Assembly (NCBI GenBank): GCA_012295275.1
Contig: CM022671.1
Span: 27,528,001-27,592,000 of the forward strand
Length of the DNA stretch: 64,000 bases
Direction of reading: 5' to 3'
Origin: Chrysomallon squamiferum
Taxonomy: Eukaryota; Animalia; Mollusca
Shown here: positions 1 through 13,120 of the stretch, piece by piece
Layout of the letters: each line of letters starts with the position of its first letter
Position numbering within the stretch: the stretch's first letter is position 1
The notes under the pieces: generated by a model
The model's database searches: none
Seen by the model: only the letters and a program-made list of their open reading frames with translations
Told to the model about the DNA's origin: nothing
Program-made: the position numbers and the translations under genes

Positions 1-649
1 CAGAATCGGGAAAGGACCTGCTATCTTTAGAATGTGCATCTCATCCATAAACACACATCAAACATTAATGCTTTGCGTCCATACAGACAAAACACATTAA
101 TTCTTAAGTATAGTATATACATTATGTTGCATTACATGCGTACGTAAACATAGTGCTTGCGGATAGAACGTACATTGTATGTATACGGGCAAAAAAACAA
201 CAACACAAAAACCCACAAAAAATACGGTAGCGCTGCAGCTGTAGCTTTTGTATTGTGTATCGTAATTCAATGAAGTAGAAAGATGGAAAGCATAAGTACT
301 GCATTTGTCTTCTTCATCGTGTTTAATTGTGTTCGGAGTCTGTGATTTTGACCACCTGCTGTTGTTAACAAAAGACAACGAAAGTTGTCCCCAGGCGAGT
401 ACAATACTGATGTTTTTACTTGTGTCAGTCCGTGCTTGTGTTGACATAATAACTGTGTGGCGAAGTTTGATGCGTAACAACAACAACGGTTTTGAATAGG
501 ATAGATTGAATGGTTTGCTTTTGGTTAATTTTCGATTTTTTTAAATTATTATTATTTTGTATCGTTTTTTTTTTTTTTTTTTTATTATTATTGTGGATTG
601 CTTTTACACATCTTTTGTCCTTTTTTCTGTCATTTCTTTCTTTTTGACT

Positions 650-679
650 GTATTATTATTATTTGGTTGTTGTTATTGC

Positions 680-718
<39 letters not shown>

Positions 719-805
719 CATTATTATTATGTTGTTGTTGTTGTTACTATTATTATCATCATCATCATCATCATCATTATTATTATTATTTTCTTGTTGT
801 TGTTG
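650..805. repeat. Compound (ATT)n/(GTT)n/(CAT)n microsatellite
   Basis: Direct reading. Confidence 0.95.
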
Positions 806-863
806 AATTCTATCAGTAATACAGACCATGAAAATATTATATACTGATGGACTATAAAATGGA

Positions 864-900
<37 letters not shown>

Positions 901-2289
901 AGAAGAAGAAAAAAACAAAAGTAATTAAAAAAAAAAAAAAAAAAAATACAAAATAAAATAAACAATAGTATTAACATATACAACGTCAGCTTTCAGGTAA
1001 GTGTGACAGAGTTATTATATCAAAGCAGCACAAGTAAACGCTCAATCGTTCTAAAGAAACCATCGAGTCACCATGTCTTCGTCTGCTTATTTCTGCAGTC
1101 ACGTTGTGATCTGAATACAAAAAGACGTAGATTTGCGACTCGGATGTTCAGAGGAGCAAAAGTACCTTAAAAAACTCGAGCAACACAGGGGGTAGGAGGT
1201 ATTCGGAAAAAAAGAAGAAGAAATTTTAACACTTATTTTTATCTGCGTAAAATGTCCGGCATATCAACGCTTCTGCCTTCCATTACCAAGGATACCCCGC
1301 ACAAGCACGTGAAATACAAATGTATTGGTTATCTACAGGAATTCAGCCGGAGATAGGTATCACTGTGAAATAATTTCCCTGAGCAACAACTTCGATTTCC
1401 TTAGAGGCGAAAATGCCTTAAGTTGGAATGCGTCTGAAAATTAATTCAGCCAAATCATTTTTATTATATCAAGTTAAATACTCAATACCGTCTTTAATTT
1501 GATTCTGGAGACTTTGGAATGGAGAGGTATGGTTTGACTAATATGGTTGAACCTCCTGCACCAAGCGTGAAATTGTGAGTTACAGTAATTAGCGTTCTGA
1601 TTATTGTTTTGGAAATGGAATTGTCAAGGACAAGAGGAATTTTCAATCAGAATTATTATTGTCATTGTTATCTGTTATATCAGCATTGTATTCGATGGTA
1701 CTGTACATTTTATCCATTATAAAATGTAAATTATCTGAATTTATGAAAATATTTGATAGAAGTAAAAGATGTCTTTATATTTCTGATTAAAAATTACAAT
1801 AAGTTAAAATATTCAGATAACGTATTTATAACAGTTCAGACACAGAAAATAGGCTCTATTATTGCAAATGCTCATAATATGGGGGAAAAAAAAAATTAAT
1901 TAAATCCTTCAAATACTTTAGAACCCGATATACCTCGAAAAATCATTGTATAAGTTCCCTAATTCTAGTACTGAGGAAATATCGTTTATTTAACCAATTA
2001 ATATCCTGCTTATATTTAATTCGTTCTACATATCCAGAGGGAAAGCTCTTTCGCTAATTAAAGTTTACGTTATTTTCGTAGTCTAAATAAATGACCAGTA
2101 TAACTTCTAACACACGAGAAAGCCCACACACGTCCTTTGACAAACAAGTCCTGGGAAATACAGAAATGGATTTACTAAAAAAAATATCAATCCTACTATT
2201 TCGGAAAAGTATTACGTTATTTGCATATGATTTCAGAGGCAGCAAAACCTTTTTGGATGGTCAGTTCATTTCCTGTAAAATAATAATTA

Positions 2290-3135
2290 TATTGGTCGTT
2301 AATCATAGGTGATGTTGTACCAAAACCTTCGAAAAACTATTACAGATGTATGATAACTGATAATAAAAATAAAACATTCAAACAGTCATGATGCATAGGT
2401 GATAAAGCAATTCGACCTTCGACAAAGCAATCAAGGTATAACGCGTAGTAGGCAAACACGTGTGTCCGAGCGATTTCAAGCACGAGTATGTGTTGACATC
2501 GTGTTCACGATGTTACTGATGTCAGAAACACATGTTCCCAACGACACTGATAATAAAAATAAAGAATAGTCCATTCTTCATTGGTAATAACCGTAACATG
2601 CCTTTCGATAAACCCCAATCATGCTATAAAGCAAAATGGGCAAACAAAGATGTTAACTATGGACTCTGGAAGGAATATACGTTGTCTGTGTGTGTCAGCT
2701 TTATATCCACAATGTTACTGACATGTTCCCAAATGATAACAAAAATAAAAATTACAAAAAGTTACTGACAGTTGGTGATAAAGTAACACGGCCTTTGATA
2801 AACACCAACCATGGAATAGAATATAATAAACATACAGTGGTGTGACCTAGCGACTTACTTTAACTTCTATATCCATAGTTAATCCCGAACAAGACTATTA
2901 ATAAAATTTCAGAGGTCAACGTTTACTATCAGTATTACGGCCTTTGATAAAACAATCAATGGTATAAAGCTCAACAGACATCACCTAGGAGGACTGATCC
3001 CGCGACCTCAAGAACAAAAAGTGTTCGTAAGTTGACGTTAGATCCACGGTGTTATTGTTGTCCAGGTCGTAATCCGCAGCGAGACTGGTAATAAAAATAA
3101 AAAAAACTTCTGCTGGTGATAAAGTAGCGTCGTTA
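2290..3135. repeat. Decayed tandem repeat, period about 160-190 bp
   Basis: Recurring anchors CTGATAATAAAAATAAA (~2357, 2547, 2734, 2895, 3085), GGTGATAAAGTAAC, GCCTTTGATAAA and ATGTTACTGA in the same order. Confidence 0.75.
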
Positions 3136-4844
3136 AAGGAGCGAGTATAAAGTATTGATGAATACGCGGATCTGTGGAGACTGGTTTAAGTTATAATTAC
3201 CCTCCCCGCTCTCGCCCGCACACCATTTTGTACGTGAGAGAGTAACAAGGGGGACGAGAGCGTATCTCTTACTCGCAGTTAATAAGACAATGCCTCTGGT
3301 AATTATGTGTGAAACGCAGTTCAAGTGTATTCCACTCGGAACGATGCTCTCTGACAGCGATTCAGAGAATGAATAACAAACAAGCCTGATAAATGAAATA
3401 AGGAAAGTTAGCTTAATGCTTTTGTTTCTAGTGTTCTTGTTTTTAGCTTTCGATTTCTTTATTACTACTACTACTACTATTGTTATTATTATTATTATTA
3501 TTACTATTATTATTTTTTTTATTATTATTATTATTATATTTCTTTATTTTAAATTCTTATTCTTTAGAATGGTATCTTCTAGAACATTTAATGGCTATGA
3601 GTAGGTCTCCAATCAAATAAGGTTAAAATTAGCTAAGAAGCAAGTAACCTTAAATGGGCTTAAAATCAAACCTAATCTGACGATATTTAACGGGCTTGGA
3701 ATTTGGAAAAGAACCGTTACTGTTTTATATCTGCAAAACCTTCAGTATAACATACGTTGAATTCTCGAGCATTCTTTCATTAGAACGTTCTGTCATCATT
3801 CATTCTGACATTCTGAGACGAATAATTCACAACAAAAACTTGAAATCAAGAACTAACATTTTCACCAGCACAAAAAACATGAAAATTACGTTTCAGTCTT
3901 CTATATTAAAATTTGACTCTCCTTTTTCTTCCTTGCCTAGTATTACTGATCTTCTCAGCTAACTTAATTGTTTAATTTTTTTTTTTTTTAATAAAATATT
4001 AATTTACGATAAATGTTAATCTATAACATAATTATTTCTTTAGATAAAATATTAATATACTATTAATATTTATCTGTTCTTTTGTTAGCTATCATTTGTT
4101 TCTTGTTCGATATTGGGTTCAACTGTTTTCGTTATTTCTTTCTTATTTGACATTTTCTTCTTCTTTTATTTTTTTTTTTTTCTTTTTTAAATTTATCTTG
4201 ATCTATAAGCTCTTGCTTCAAACCACATCTATTTAAAAATCAGTTATTTTCATGTTAATCCTGCGACAGATTTATAAAAAAAAAAAAAAGGAAAAAATTA
4301 GCCTAAAGCTCTCGTAGACTATTTGAATACGTCAAAACATGTTTTTTAAAATCTCTTCTATGTAAGTCATTACGTACTTATTCCTTTATTATCCCCCAGA
4401 CATCATTAACGATATTTTGTAACACGATCTCAACAAACACTTCAGACATCATCGGAATGTGATAATAACTCTGAAAACCTCTCTAATCCTGTGGCTATGA
4501 TCAAGCAGTTTACAGTGATTGCTTAATACAAATCTTTTAAAATAAGGTTAAGGCCAGATTGAAAACGAAGTAACTAGGATACATACATACATACAGTCAA
4601 ATTATGTAAACATATACACTTATTACTGTACGTACGTGCGTAGATACGTACATACAAACATTTCACTTCACTGCACTGGTTGAGAATCACGCTTGTTTCT
4701 CTGAATGTCTGTACGTTGTTACAGTGATTCTAGTGCATTGTTTCTACTTTTTTCCAGATCGAATTTACTGATATATGCTACATACGTACATACGTGCATA
4801 CATACATACGTACACACATACATATATGTCTGTGTATATGGAGT

Positions 4845-4910
4845 GTTGTGTGTGTATGTGTGTTTGTGTGTGTGTGTTTGTGTGTGTCTGTGTGTGTCAG
4901 TTTGTGTGTC

Positions 4911-4941
<31 letters not shown>
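4845..4941. repeat. Imperfect (TG)n microsatellite
   Basis: Direct reading. Confidence 0.9.
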
Positions 4942-4946
<5 letters not shown>

Positions 4947-5160
4947 GGAACTGACTTTTATGATCTCATGAGTAATTGTAAATTGGACATTGATGCTATG
5001 TTATTTCAGAACTTTTTTTTTTTTTAAATTAAAAAAAACAAAACAACAACAACATAGTAAAAACAATAAATAAATAATTATTCAATTACGGAAGTTAGAG
5101 ATAGGCAGATGTTTTATTTGTTTCTGTTTTCTTTCTTTGCACCAAACACATTTGACTAAC

Positions 5161-5743
5161 GGTAAACGGACAATTCCCCACATAGACTATTCCCCCTGGA
5201 CAATCCCACATAGACTATTCCCCACTGGACAATCCCCCACATAGACTATTCCCCACTGGACAATTCCCCACATAGACTATTCCCCACTGGACAATTCCCC
5301 ACATAGACTATTCCCCACTGGACAATCCCCCACATAGACTATTCCCCACTGGACAATCCCCCACATAGACTATTCCCCACTGGACAATCCCCCACATAGA
5401 CTATTCCCCACTGGACAATTCCCCACATGGACAATTCTCCACTGGACAATTCTCCACTCCACACACACACACACACACACACACATTAGATCTACCGTCA
5501 TCATCGTCATCGTCATAATCATTATCACCATAATTATTATTAGTGTTGTTGTTGGTGCTGCTGTTATTACTATTACTACCACTATTATTATTACAGAGTA
5601 TTACTATGATGATTCTTGCTACGGACACTTATACAAAATTAAGAGTGGGGAATTGTCCAAAAGTGTGATTATGGAATGGGGAACTGTCCAAGTGGGTTAT
5701 TGTCCAGTGGGGAACTGTCCAAGTGGGCAGTTGTCCTGGAACC
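5161..5743. mobile_element. Foldback-type non-autonomous DNA transposon (MULE-like MITE) with tandem-repeat TIRs and 8-bp TSD
   Basis: Left arm GGTAAAC then about ten 30-31-bp units built on GGACAATTCCCCAC; right arm has inverted GTGGGGAA(T/C)TGTCC units ending TGGAACC; perfect TSD TGACTAAC at 5153-5160 and 5744-5751. Confidence 0.85.
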
Positions 5744-8155
5744 TGACTAACAAATCAAATTGATCTTCTGTATGTACGGGCTTTGGAGTTTTGGAGGAAA
5801 CAATAAAAAGGTTAAAAGAAACCGTTTTACACTAAATATTGTTTTAATTTCTCAAGAGAATCGTTCAAAGTGAAACAAACTATTGTAATTCGAACCACAT
5901 ATTTTCGTGATGGGCTGTTTGTCGCGACATTTAATTTGATTTATACTAGCACACTTTCACTGACTAAATTACGTAAAAAAAAAAAATGTCTGAAGATGGT
6001 TTGGGATTTTTTTCTCTCTGTGTCTTTTAATGTGATTGTCTCAGTATAATAGCTTTTAAGAGTCTAATTTAACAAACAACTGACAGCAGTATCGGTGTAG
6101 GCTAAAACCGAACGTTATACGAGTATTAGGTTATCAAAAAAGATATATAAATTCTGTTGTAATCTATGTTGTTTCCGTTTCCAGCAAGGGGAATTAGAAC
6201 CGAGAATCCTTCATAACAATATCCATCGACCTTAAATAATCAGTTTTTTATTGACTTTTATTTCCGCCAGCAGTCAAAAAAAAAAAATTTTTTTGAAATT
6301 GCAGGATCGTTTGAAAGGATTCAGCGGGAACTTTTATTTAGATTCTGGTAATCTTTTTCTCCCTCTAGTCCCGTTTCATTTTCAATTCTTATCTTTGTCC
6401 TATATTTTTATAATCCTCTCAGGATTTCTTTTTGATTGCAGTTCGCGAAAATCTGCATCAACTGAAGGATTAAATATAATGCTGTTTCGTTATATAGATA
6501 CTGAACATGAGATGATTCAAGAAAAAAAAAAAATTATTTCTTTTACGGGTGAGTCGGATTAAAGTGTGAATTAAGGATCAACGCTCTTATTCTGTCTGCT
6601 TCTCGTAATAACAAATATTCTGTGAAGTCTTTTCATTCTGCGTGTTTTTTTGCGTTCTTGAAGATGTGTTATATGGATGTAGGTGTATCAGTATGTATAT
6701 ATGTATGTAGTATATTTTGTGCATGCATCTATGTATGTATATATGCATGTATCTACGTATGTAGCTACTATATTTGTATGTATGTATATATGGATGTGTG
6801 AGTGTGTGTGTGTGTGTGTGACTGCGTTTCTCGGAGGTAGTGTGCCCGCTTGCCATTTTACTTAAATCACTTTATTTTTATGCAAACTTTTAATACACCA
6901 AAACTATTCCGAAGTCATATTTAATTCTTTTCAACAAGGTGACTTTAATGTAATTTAAATATTTTGTTACAAGTTCATTGTATCAGCAATATGCAAACGT
7001 AAAAGTTAGAGATGATTTGATCATCTAAATTTAATCTGTGTTTATGTTTGTTTGTATGTATGTATGATGTATGATACATATCTTTACGTATATTTATATG
7101 GTTACTCATAATGTTTTGCGAATGAGTAAAAAAAAATATATTAGATACGTATATAAATGCATTGTTCTATTTTATTGCCTTTATCAGCAGATTTCAATAA
7201 AACATGTATGGGTTCATTTAGCTACATTTATTAAACGTGTTAATATTACCTACTCTCTACACGGCACCTGTTTCATTTGTACTTTTTTTAATTTTATTTT
7301 TAATTACCTTTTACATAAATTTACGGAAAATTAGCATCTGTTACAAGCGATGTCTGTGTATATTTCATATTTAAAAAAAAAAAAAAAAATTAATAAAAAA
7401 AATGTCGACATAGCAAAAAAACAACGCTCAGCAGCTAAACGACATTAGATGCTCACATAGCAAATTAACTTACAACAGTGAAAGGGTGAAAAAAAAATAT
7501 TTGCTGACGGGAAAAGCGATATTGAGTAATTTCAAAACACTGGTCTTACACGAAAAAAAAACCCACAAACATATTTTTGTATAAACATACAGCTCAAGGG
7601 CGAAGGCTTGTCAGTGATCAAATAGAAAACAGAAAGAGAGAGAGAGTGAGAAAAAAAAAACCCTATCTTTGAAAACTCTCGCGAGTTTGGTTAAATTATG
7701 TTTGCTCACGGAGATCAAATAGCTGCGGGCTGTTGGCTGATTACCTAAATCTGTGCTGATTTACAAACGGGAATGTCCGACGGCAATTATCAGTTTGGTC
7801 AACCCATAGGAAAATATACAAAAAGGAAGCCCCATTACAATTGAGTGAGCGGATATTTCTGTGACACTTACAGTTAAGTATAAAGAAAACAACAGACTGT
7901 TCAGGTTCTGAAAATGTCGCTGTTTCAAGGTCTTTAGAAAGATACTGAATTTCTGTTGAGGCTTGGATGGAGAAAAGAGATAAATCATAAAAATAAAAAA
8001 TAATAAATAAATAAATAAAAATTAAAAAATGAAGACAGAAAGAAAGAAAAACGAACTAATAAATGATTTTTGGGAGGTTTTTTTTTTTTTTTTTCAAATC
8101 ATCTGTATGTTAATTCATAATTTTTGTATAGTATTATTAATGATGATGTAATGAC

Positions 8156-8158
<3 letters not shown>

Positions 8159-8239
<81 letters not shown>
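8159..8239. repeat. (GA)n microsatellite
   Basis: Direct reading. Confidence 0.97.
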
Positions 8240-8242
<3 letters not shown>

Positions 8243-8621
8243 GAATCGAGATAAAAAAACCTCATAATTTTACTGCAGTTATATTATAATTTTATTATTT
8301 TATTCTGTTCTCAGAGATTACACTGGCATATTGGATGTTTTGCTTATGTTATCTGGAGAGATTATAAAATATTATTATCATTTCTTTAATGTTTCAAACG
8401 AAAGCTATAAAAACCGGCTTTTCGCATTTTTATTGGCAATTTAATATTTTACTCTGACAAATGTGGACGCTTTTATGTTCGTTTATCGGTGCAAAAACAT
8501 AACAGATTTTAAAACGATTTTCTAAAGGTCACGATGTTTGTAACTTAAACAGGTGGAGGCAATTAGGTATCAGTGGTACGGCACAATTTATTTATTATCT
8601 TTGATTTTATAAATAATAATA

Positions 8622-8646
8622 AAACAACAACAACAACAACAATAAC

Positions 8647-8702
<56 letters not shown>
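8622..8702. repeat. (CAA)n/(TAA)n microsatellite
   Basis: Direct reading. Confidence 0.95.
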
Positions 8703-8704
<2 letters not shown>

Positions 8705-8999
8705 CTTATCCTGAGAGTCGATATGTAATTGGTTCAGTTCCACAACCACTGGCACAGTCTGTGATTTCAGTCTAAGCCACAACATTAAATATTTCTTCCT
8801 TGTAATTTTCTGTTTAGACATTTACAGAAGACCTCGGAATGTTAACCAGTAAAAAAAAACAAAAAAAACATTCAGTTACTGGTCGGATCTTTGTGGTTTT
8901 CGTTTCGCCTTCGTCTTTCTTTTGTCCAGCGCACAGGTGGGTCTGTTGTAAAACTAACATCTTAAGCTTCAGGGTCCATAATCAACGTTGGGCTTCAGA

Positions 9000-9140
9000 A
9001 AAATATATGCATGGCTGGAAGTAATTTCGGGGAGAAAAAAAGGATGAAGTTAATTTCGAAAAACATTATACAGTTGATTTAAAAAGTTCAAAAATCGACA
9101 TTGATTCAAAATTGTGTTTCTGCTGCTACTACTGCTACTC

Positions 9141-9172
<32 letters not shown>

Positions 9173-9260
9173 TCTACTTCTGCTGCTGCTGCTGCTGCTG
9201 CTACTACTACTACTACTACTACTACTAACAATAATAATAAAAATGAGGATGATGATAGTA

Positions 9261-9296
<36 letters not shown>

Positions 9297-10098
9297 ACGC
9301 CGTTTTTATAGCACCAGATAATACGTCTACTAGTCGAAACGCCAATAAATAAACTTCACGCAGATCACAAAATACGTAATGCATACACGTGAATGACGTG
9401 AAATCATTTGTTAGCTGAGACAGTCTTCGTCGCATCCTCGTTGACTGAGACAACCAACGCTTACACACTTCCCCGAGATACAACTTTTATAACACACTGT
9501 CATATTAGTAATTGAACTGGCTTTAACTTCTTTTTTTTTACCTTTTTTTTTCTTTCTTCTTATTCTTTTCTCTGATGTCGGAGGACCGTATTTATTACTA
9601 CGCGTTCGTAAGGTTTCAGACTAGGAAGGAAAAAAACAACAATGACGTTGTACGACTTTATCACGTCACTTTCCCACGCGACGTGAGGAAACAATTTTGT
9701 TTATTGGTGTGGAAAACTAACTGATTCTTATCCTCGTTTTTAGGTTTTCACTTTTTTTTAGTTTAACTTTCTTTTTTTCTTTTATTTTTTTCTTTTTTAT
9801 TTTTTTTAAATACACTTCATCTAAATGGACGGCCTACCGACATTTCGAACTTTCATTTGATTTGTTTATTGCCAGCTTTTTATAATGAAATCTTCAGTTT
9901 AACCCCAAGATTACAGACACTGAAAGACTTCGAACCATTATTAAAAAAAAAAAAAACATTAAAAAAATAAAAATTAATTTTGAAGAAGTTTATTACAAAA
10001 TATATATGCATGGCTTGAAATAATTTCGGAGAGAAAAAAAAAATATGAAGTTAATTTCGAAAAACATTATACAGTTGATTTAAAAGAAGTAAAAAATT
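9000..10098. repeat. Direct repeat pair of ~100 bp about 1 kb apart (9000-9095 and 9998-10098)
   Basis: Shared ATATATGCATGGCT...TAATTTCGG...ATGAAGTTAATTTCGAAAAACATTATACAGTTGATTTAAAA. Confidence 0.85.
9120..9240. repeat. (CTG)n/(CTA)n compound microsatellite
   Basis: Direct reading; source of the poly-Ala and poly-Leu pseudo-ORFs. Confidence 0.95.
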
Positions 10099-12682
10099 AA
10101 AAAGAAGGAAATTAATAAGCGTATAGATTAATTTTGAAAACATGTTTGTTACAAAAAAAAAAATAATAATAATAATAATAAGTTAAAAACGAAAAAAAAT
10201 ACCTGGCTGTGATCTGTAAAACCTTTCAAAATGAAGGATGAAGAAGAAACGAAAACAAAAATTAATAATCGCAACCCAAACTAAACTACAGGTGTTTGCA
10301 GTTAAATTACATTCTGAACTTACATTTTACCTTTTTTATTATCTGTTCAGTTTGTAATTTAATATCAATAAATCTTTTATTTTCACCAAAACTAAGATAA
10401 AGAGTTAAAGTATTTAAAAAAATTTTAACTAATTTTTATTTATTTATTTATTAGTTAATTTTCTTCGATGTATTGTTTAATTCTCTCATTTTCTTACTTT
10501 ATTTTTCTTAGCTTTATTTATATTTTTAAATTATTTGTCTTAAAAGAATATAAACGTTTTGTTGAAAATACAAAAGACCACTGAAATGCTCATCAGAACT
10601 ACAAAGGAAACGATTCTCTTCTTAGTGGTTATCATTAGTGTCAGAAAAGAAGAAAAATGAGATGATAAAAAAATAATGAATTAAACGAAACAGAGAGGGG
10701 AATAGGTGTGTTTTTAAACTGAAAACTGAAAAAAAAATCAGAAAGAGGGTACACTACAACTGAAAACAGATGATTTAATCTTTAACGAATTAATCTGAAG
10801 AGTATTTTAAGTAACATTTCCTAGTCTGTAGACTGTTCCACACTGTCACCCTGGTAAACTTATTGGTTTTAAAACTGCTCTGTGAATTAATTAACATCGA
10901 CAAGCTAAAACAAAATGATGTCTTTCAAATTATGAAACACTTCAAACTAAAGTTTGTGTTTTTTTATTTTTTTTTTTTTATTTCCTTACTGACTGTGCAT
11001 AGTGATTTATATATATATATATAAAATTTCTGCTACAGTTTTTCTTGTGTTTGGGGTGTGTTCTTGCTTGTTTTTTTTTTTAAAAATAAGGTATGAAATT
11101 ATGCAAAGTGTTAATAACTAATATATAATGGAATAAGATTAACAAAACGAAGACACACTTTGATGTACGACTGACGTCAGATTCAGTCTGGATCATCATC
11201 TTCACATCATATACAACCAGACATGAAAAAAAAAATGTGATAATACAAATATAATAAACTGATATTACAGTAAACAGAAGATTTTCTGTGAAATGATTCC
11301 ACACATTGAACATCGAAGAAAGTCAGAACACGAAAGGGAGAGACAGAATAATTAACAAGCGAGATACTTTTTTTTTCAGGAACTGTGAAAATAGATTTCT
11401 GTCGAAATGTAGGCAGGCGATAGCGTGTGTCTTTGAACCCACATCGACAACAGAAGTGAACTGTTACCACTCTCTGACTAAAACGAAGACAGAGAAAATA
11501 AACTTCTGACTTCAGACATGATTAGTGCGATATTAGTTAATTAAATCATTTTAATAGGTAACTTTTAACTCTTTTTTTTCCTTTGGTACAACAGAAAAAT
11601 AAAAAAAAGAATATGTCTTTTAGACAGATGTTTTATATTAGCTTGGTTTTGAGCATGCGTGTTCTTGTATTTTATAATGTTGTTTTAATTGCTTATGTGT
11701 GCGTGGTGTATATGTGTAGTTATATGTACATATGTATATGTACGTGTTTATATATGAGTAAATATGCGCGTATATGTCTGTTAGCTTGGTTTTGTGCATG
11801 TGTGTTATATTTTATTTGTTTATGTTTGTACGTGCTCTTTTTATTTGTATGTACGTATTTGTGTATATATGTGTGTGTGTGTTTTTGTGTATGTGTGTCT
11901 GTGTGTATTTATACATGTCTGTCTGTCTTTGTCTCTGTCTATATGTCGAATTCCAGTCTCTCGGTCGTTTAGTAGCCAGTGTGTGTGTGTGTGGGGGGGA
12001 CACACGCACACGCACACACACGCGGGTTGCTATGGTCTGTTAGCACGCTTCTATTGCTGACATCATTCGCTTTTCTATGTCCAAACGTGAAAGTCAGCAG
12101 ACCAGTCTGATCATTGCCACATTCCGTGCGCTGTCAGTGAGTGACTTGATCTGTATCCTTAGTGATTTCTCTGCTGTCTTTTTTCTGAGTGGACAAATAT
12201 TATAAAAAAGTTAATTTTCTTTCACTGATGTTGATTTTGTTTTCTGTTTCTATAACCTTTAACGATTTATGCGAGTCATTGTATTTGAAAATTTTTTTTT
12301 TCTTCCGTTCTTGAAGCAATAAAATGTTGTATTCTTGCATAGTTTATATTAAATGTTTTCTTCTTAGTAAACCTTCAGCATTACTGAAATATGACTAAAA
12401 ATAATTAATGCAGTTGTGGTAACAATGCACCTCGGCGTCTGAAATTCAAATGATCTTCGTTACTTAGATCTGCCTATTCATTCTAAACAATGACGTGAAC
12501 ATAATAGAATCGTTTCAGTTTCCTCTTTAAGTATTACCTCGTTATTTTAAATATATTTATACGGAATATTAATTTTAGATTTCAGACTTATTGTTTTTAA
12601 TGCGAAAATGCTAAATGTCATGGATATAACTGTTTTTAGTAATTAAATCGGTTAATTTCTTTCCTTCTTCCTTCATAGATTT

Positions 12683-12713
<31 letters not shown>

Positions 12714-12946
12714 TCCTAAAAATAATAATAATTTTAGTGTGATAATAATAAAATTAAAGTTGATAATCTTAATGAAGATGAAGACTTGAAAAAAAAAAAT
12801 AGCGGGTACACTACATATGAATATCTCGGAGAAACAAACACGCACCACACAAACACACACTTACATACATAAGTACATATGAACTTGCACGCAAAACTGA
12901 CGAAAGACAATTACCCTCTGATACTGAGCAACCTTTTTTAAAAGTT

Positions 12947-13120
12947 GTCTCGGTAGCTGAACGGTAACATCGTCCGACTTCGGAGTTATGGCGGATGGGT
13001 GCCATACGTTCGAGTCTCGTCAGCGGCATCTGACGGACTTGTGAGGTCGTGATTGGACTTTGTCTTCCTGCGCCAGATTATTGTTTATGTGCAGAGTCTA
13101 ATCAGACGTGCATCAGACGT
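12947..13120 (+). mobile_element. tRNA-Arg-derived SINE head (octopus OR1/OR2-like) or decayed tRNA-Arg(TCG) pseudogene
   Basis: A box TAGCTGAACGG at 12954, CGTCCGACTTCGGA resembling the tRNA-Arg(TCG) anticodon arm, B box GTTCGAGTC at 13008; acceptor stem mismatched; 3' boundary uncertain. Confidence 0.65.

Noticed and set aside
557-918. Poly-Tyr/Leu/Ile/His ORFs here and similar ones at 9101-9483, 11583-12060, 35525-37021, 39446-39768 and 41924-42251
   Set aside because: Translations of microsatellites and low-complexity DNA with no domain content.
5166-5458. 30-bp repeat array as a CRISPR or coding repeat (ORFs 5370 and 5401)
   Set aside because: No spacers; it is the left arm of a TSD-flanked foldback element.
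12054-12100. TGCTGAC...GTCAGCA hairpin as a pre-miRNA
   Set aside because: Only a 7-bp stem with poor internal pairing, and no match to any miRNA I recognise.
12947-13028. Functional tRNA-Arg gene
   Set aside because: Acceptor stem has two mismatches, the anticodon and T stems do not pair properly, and no oligo-T terminator follows.
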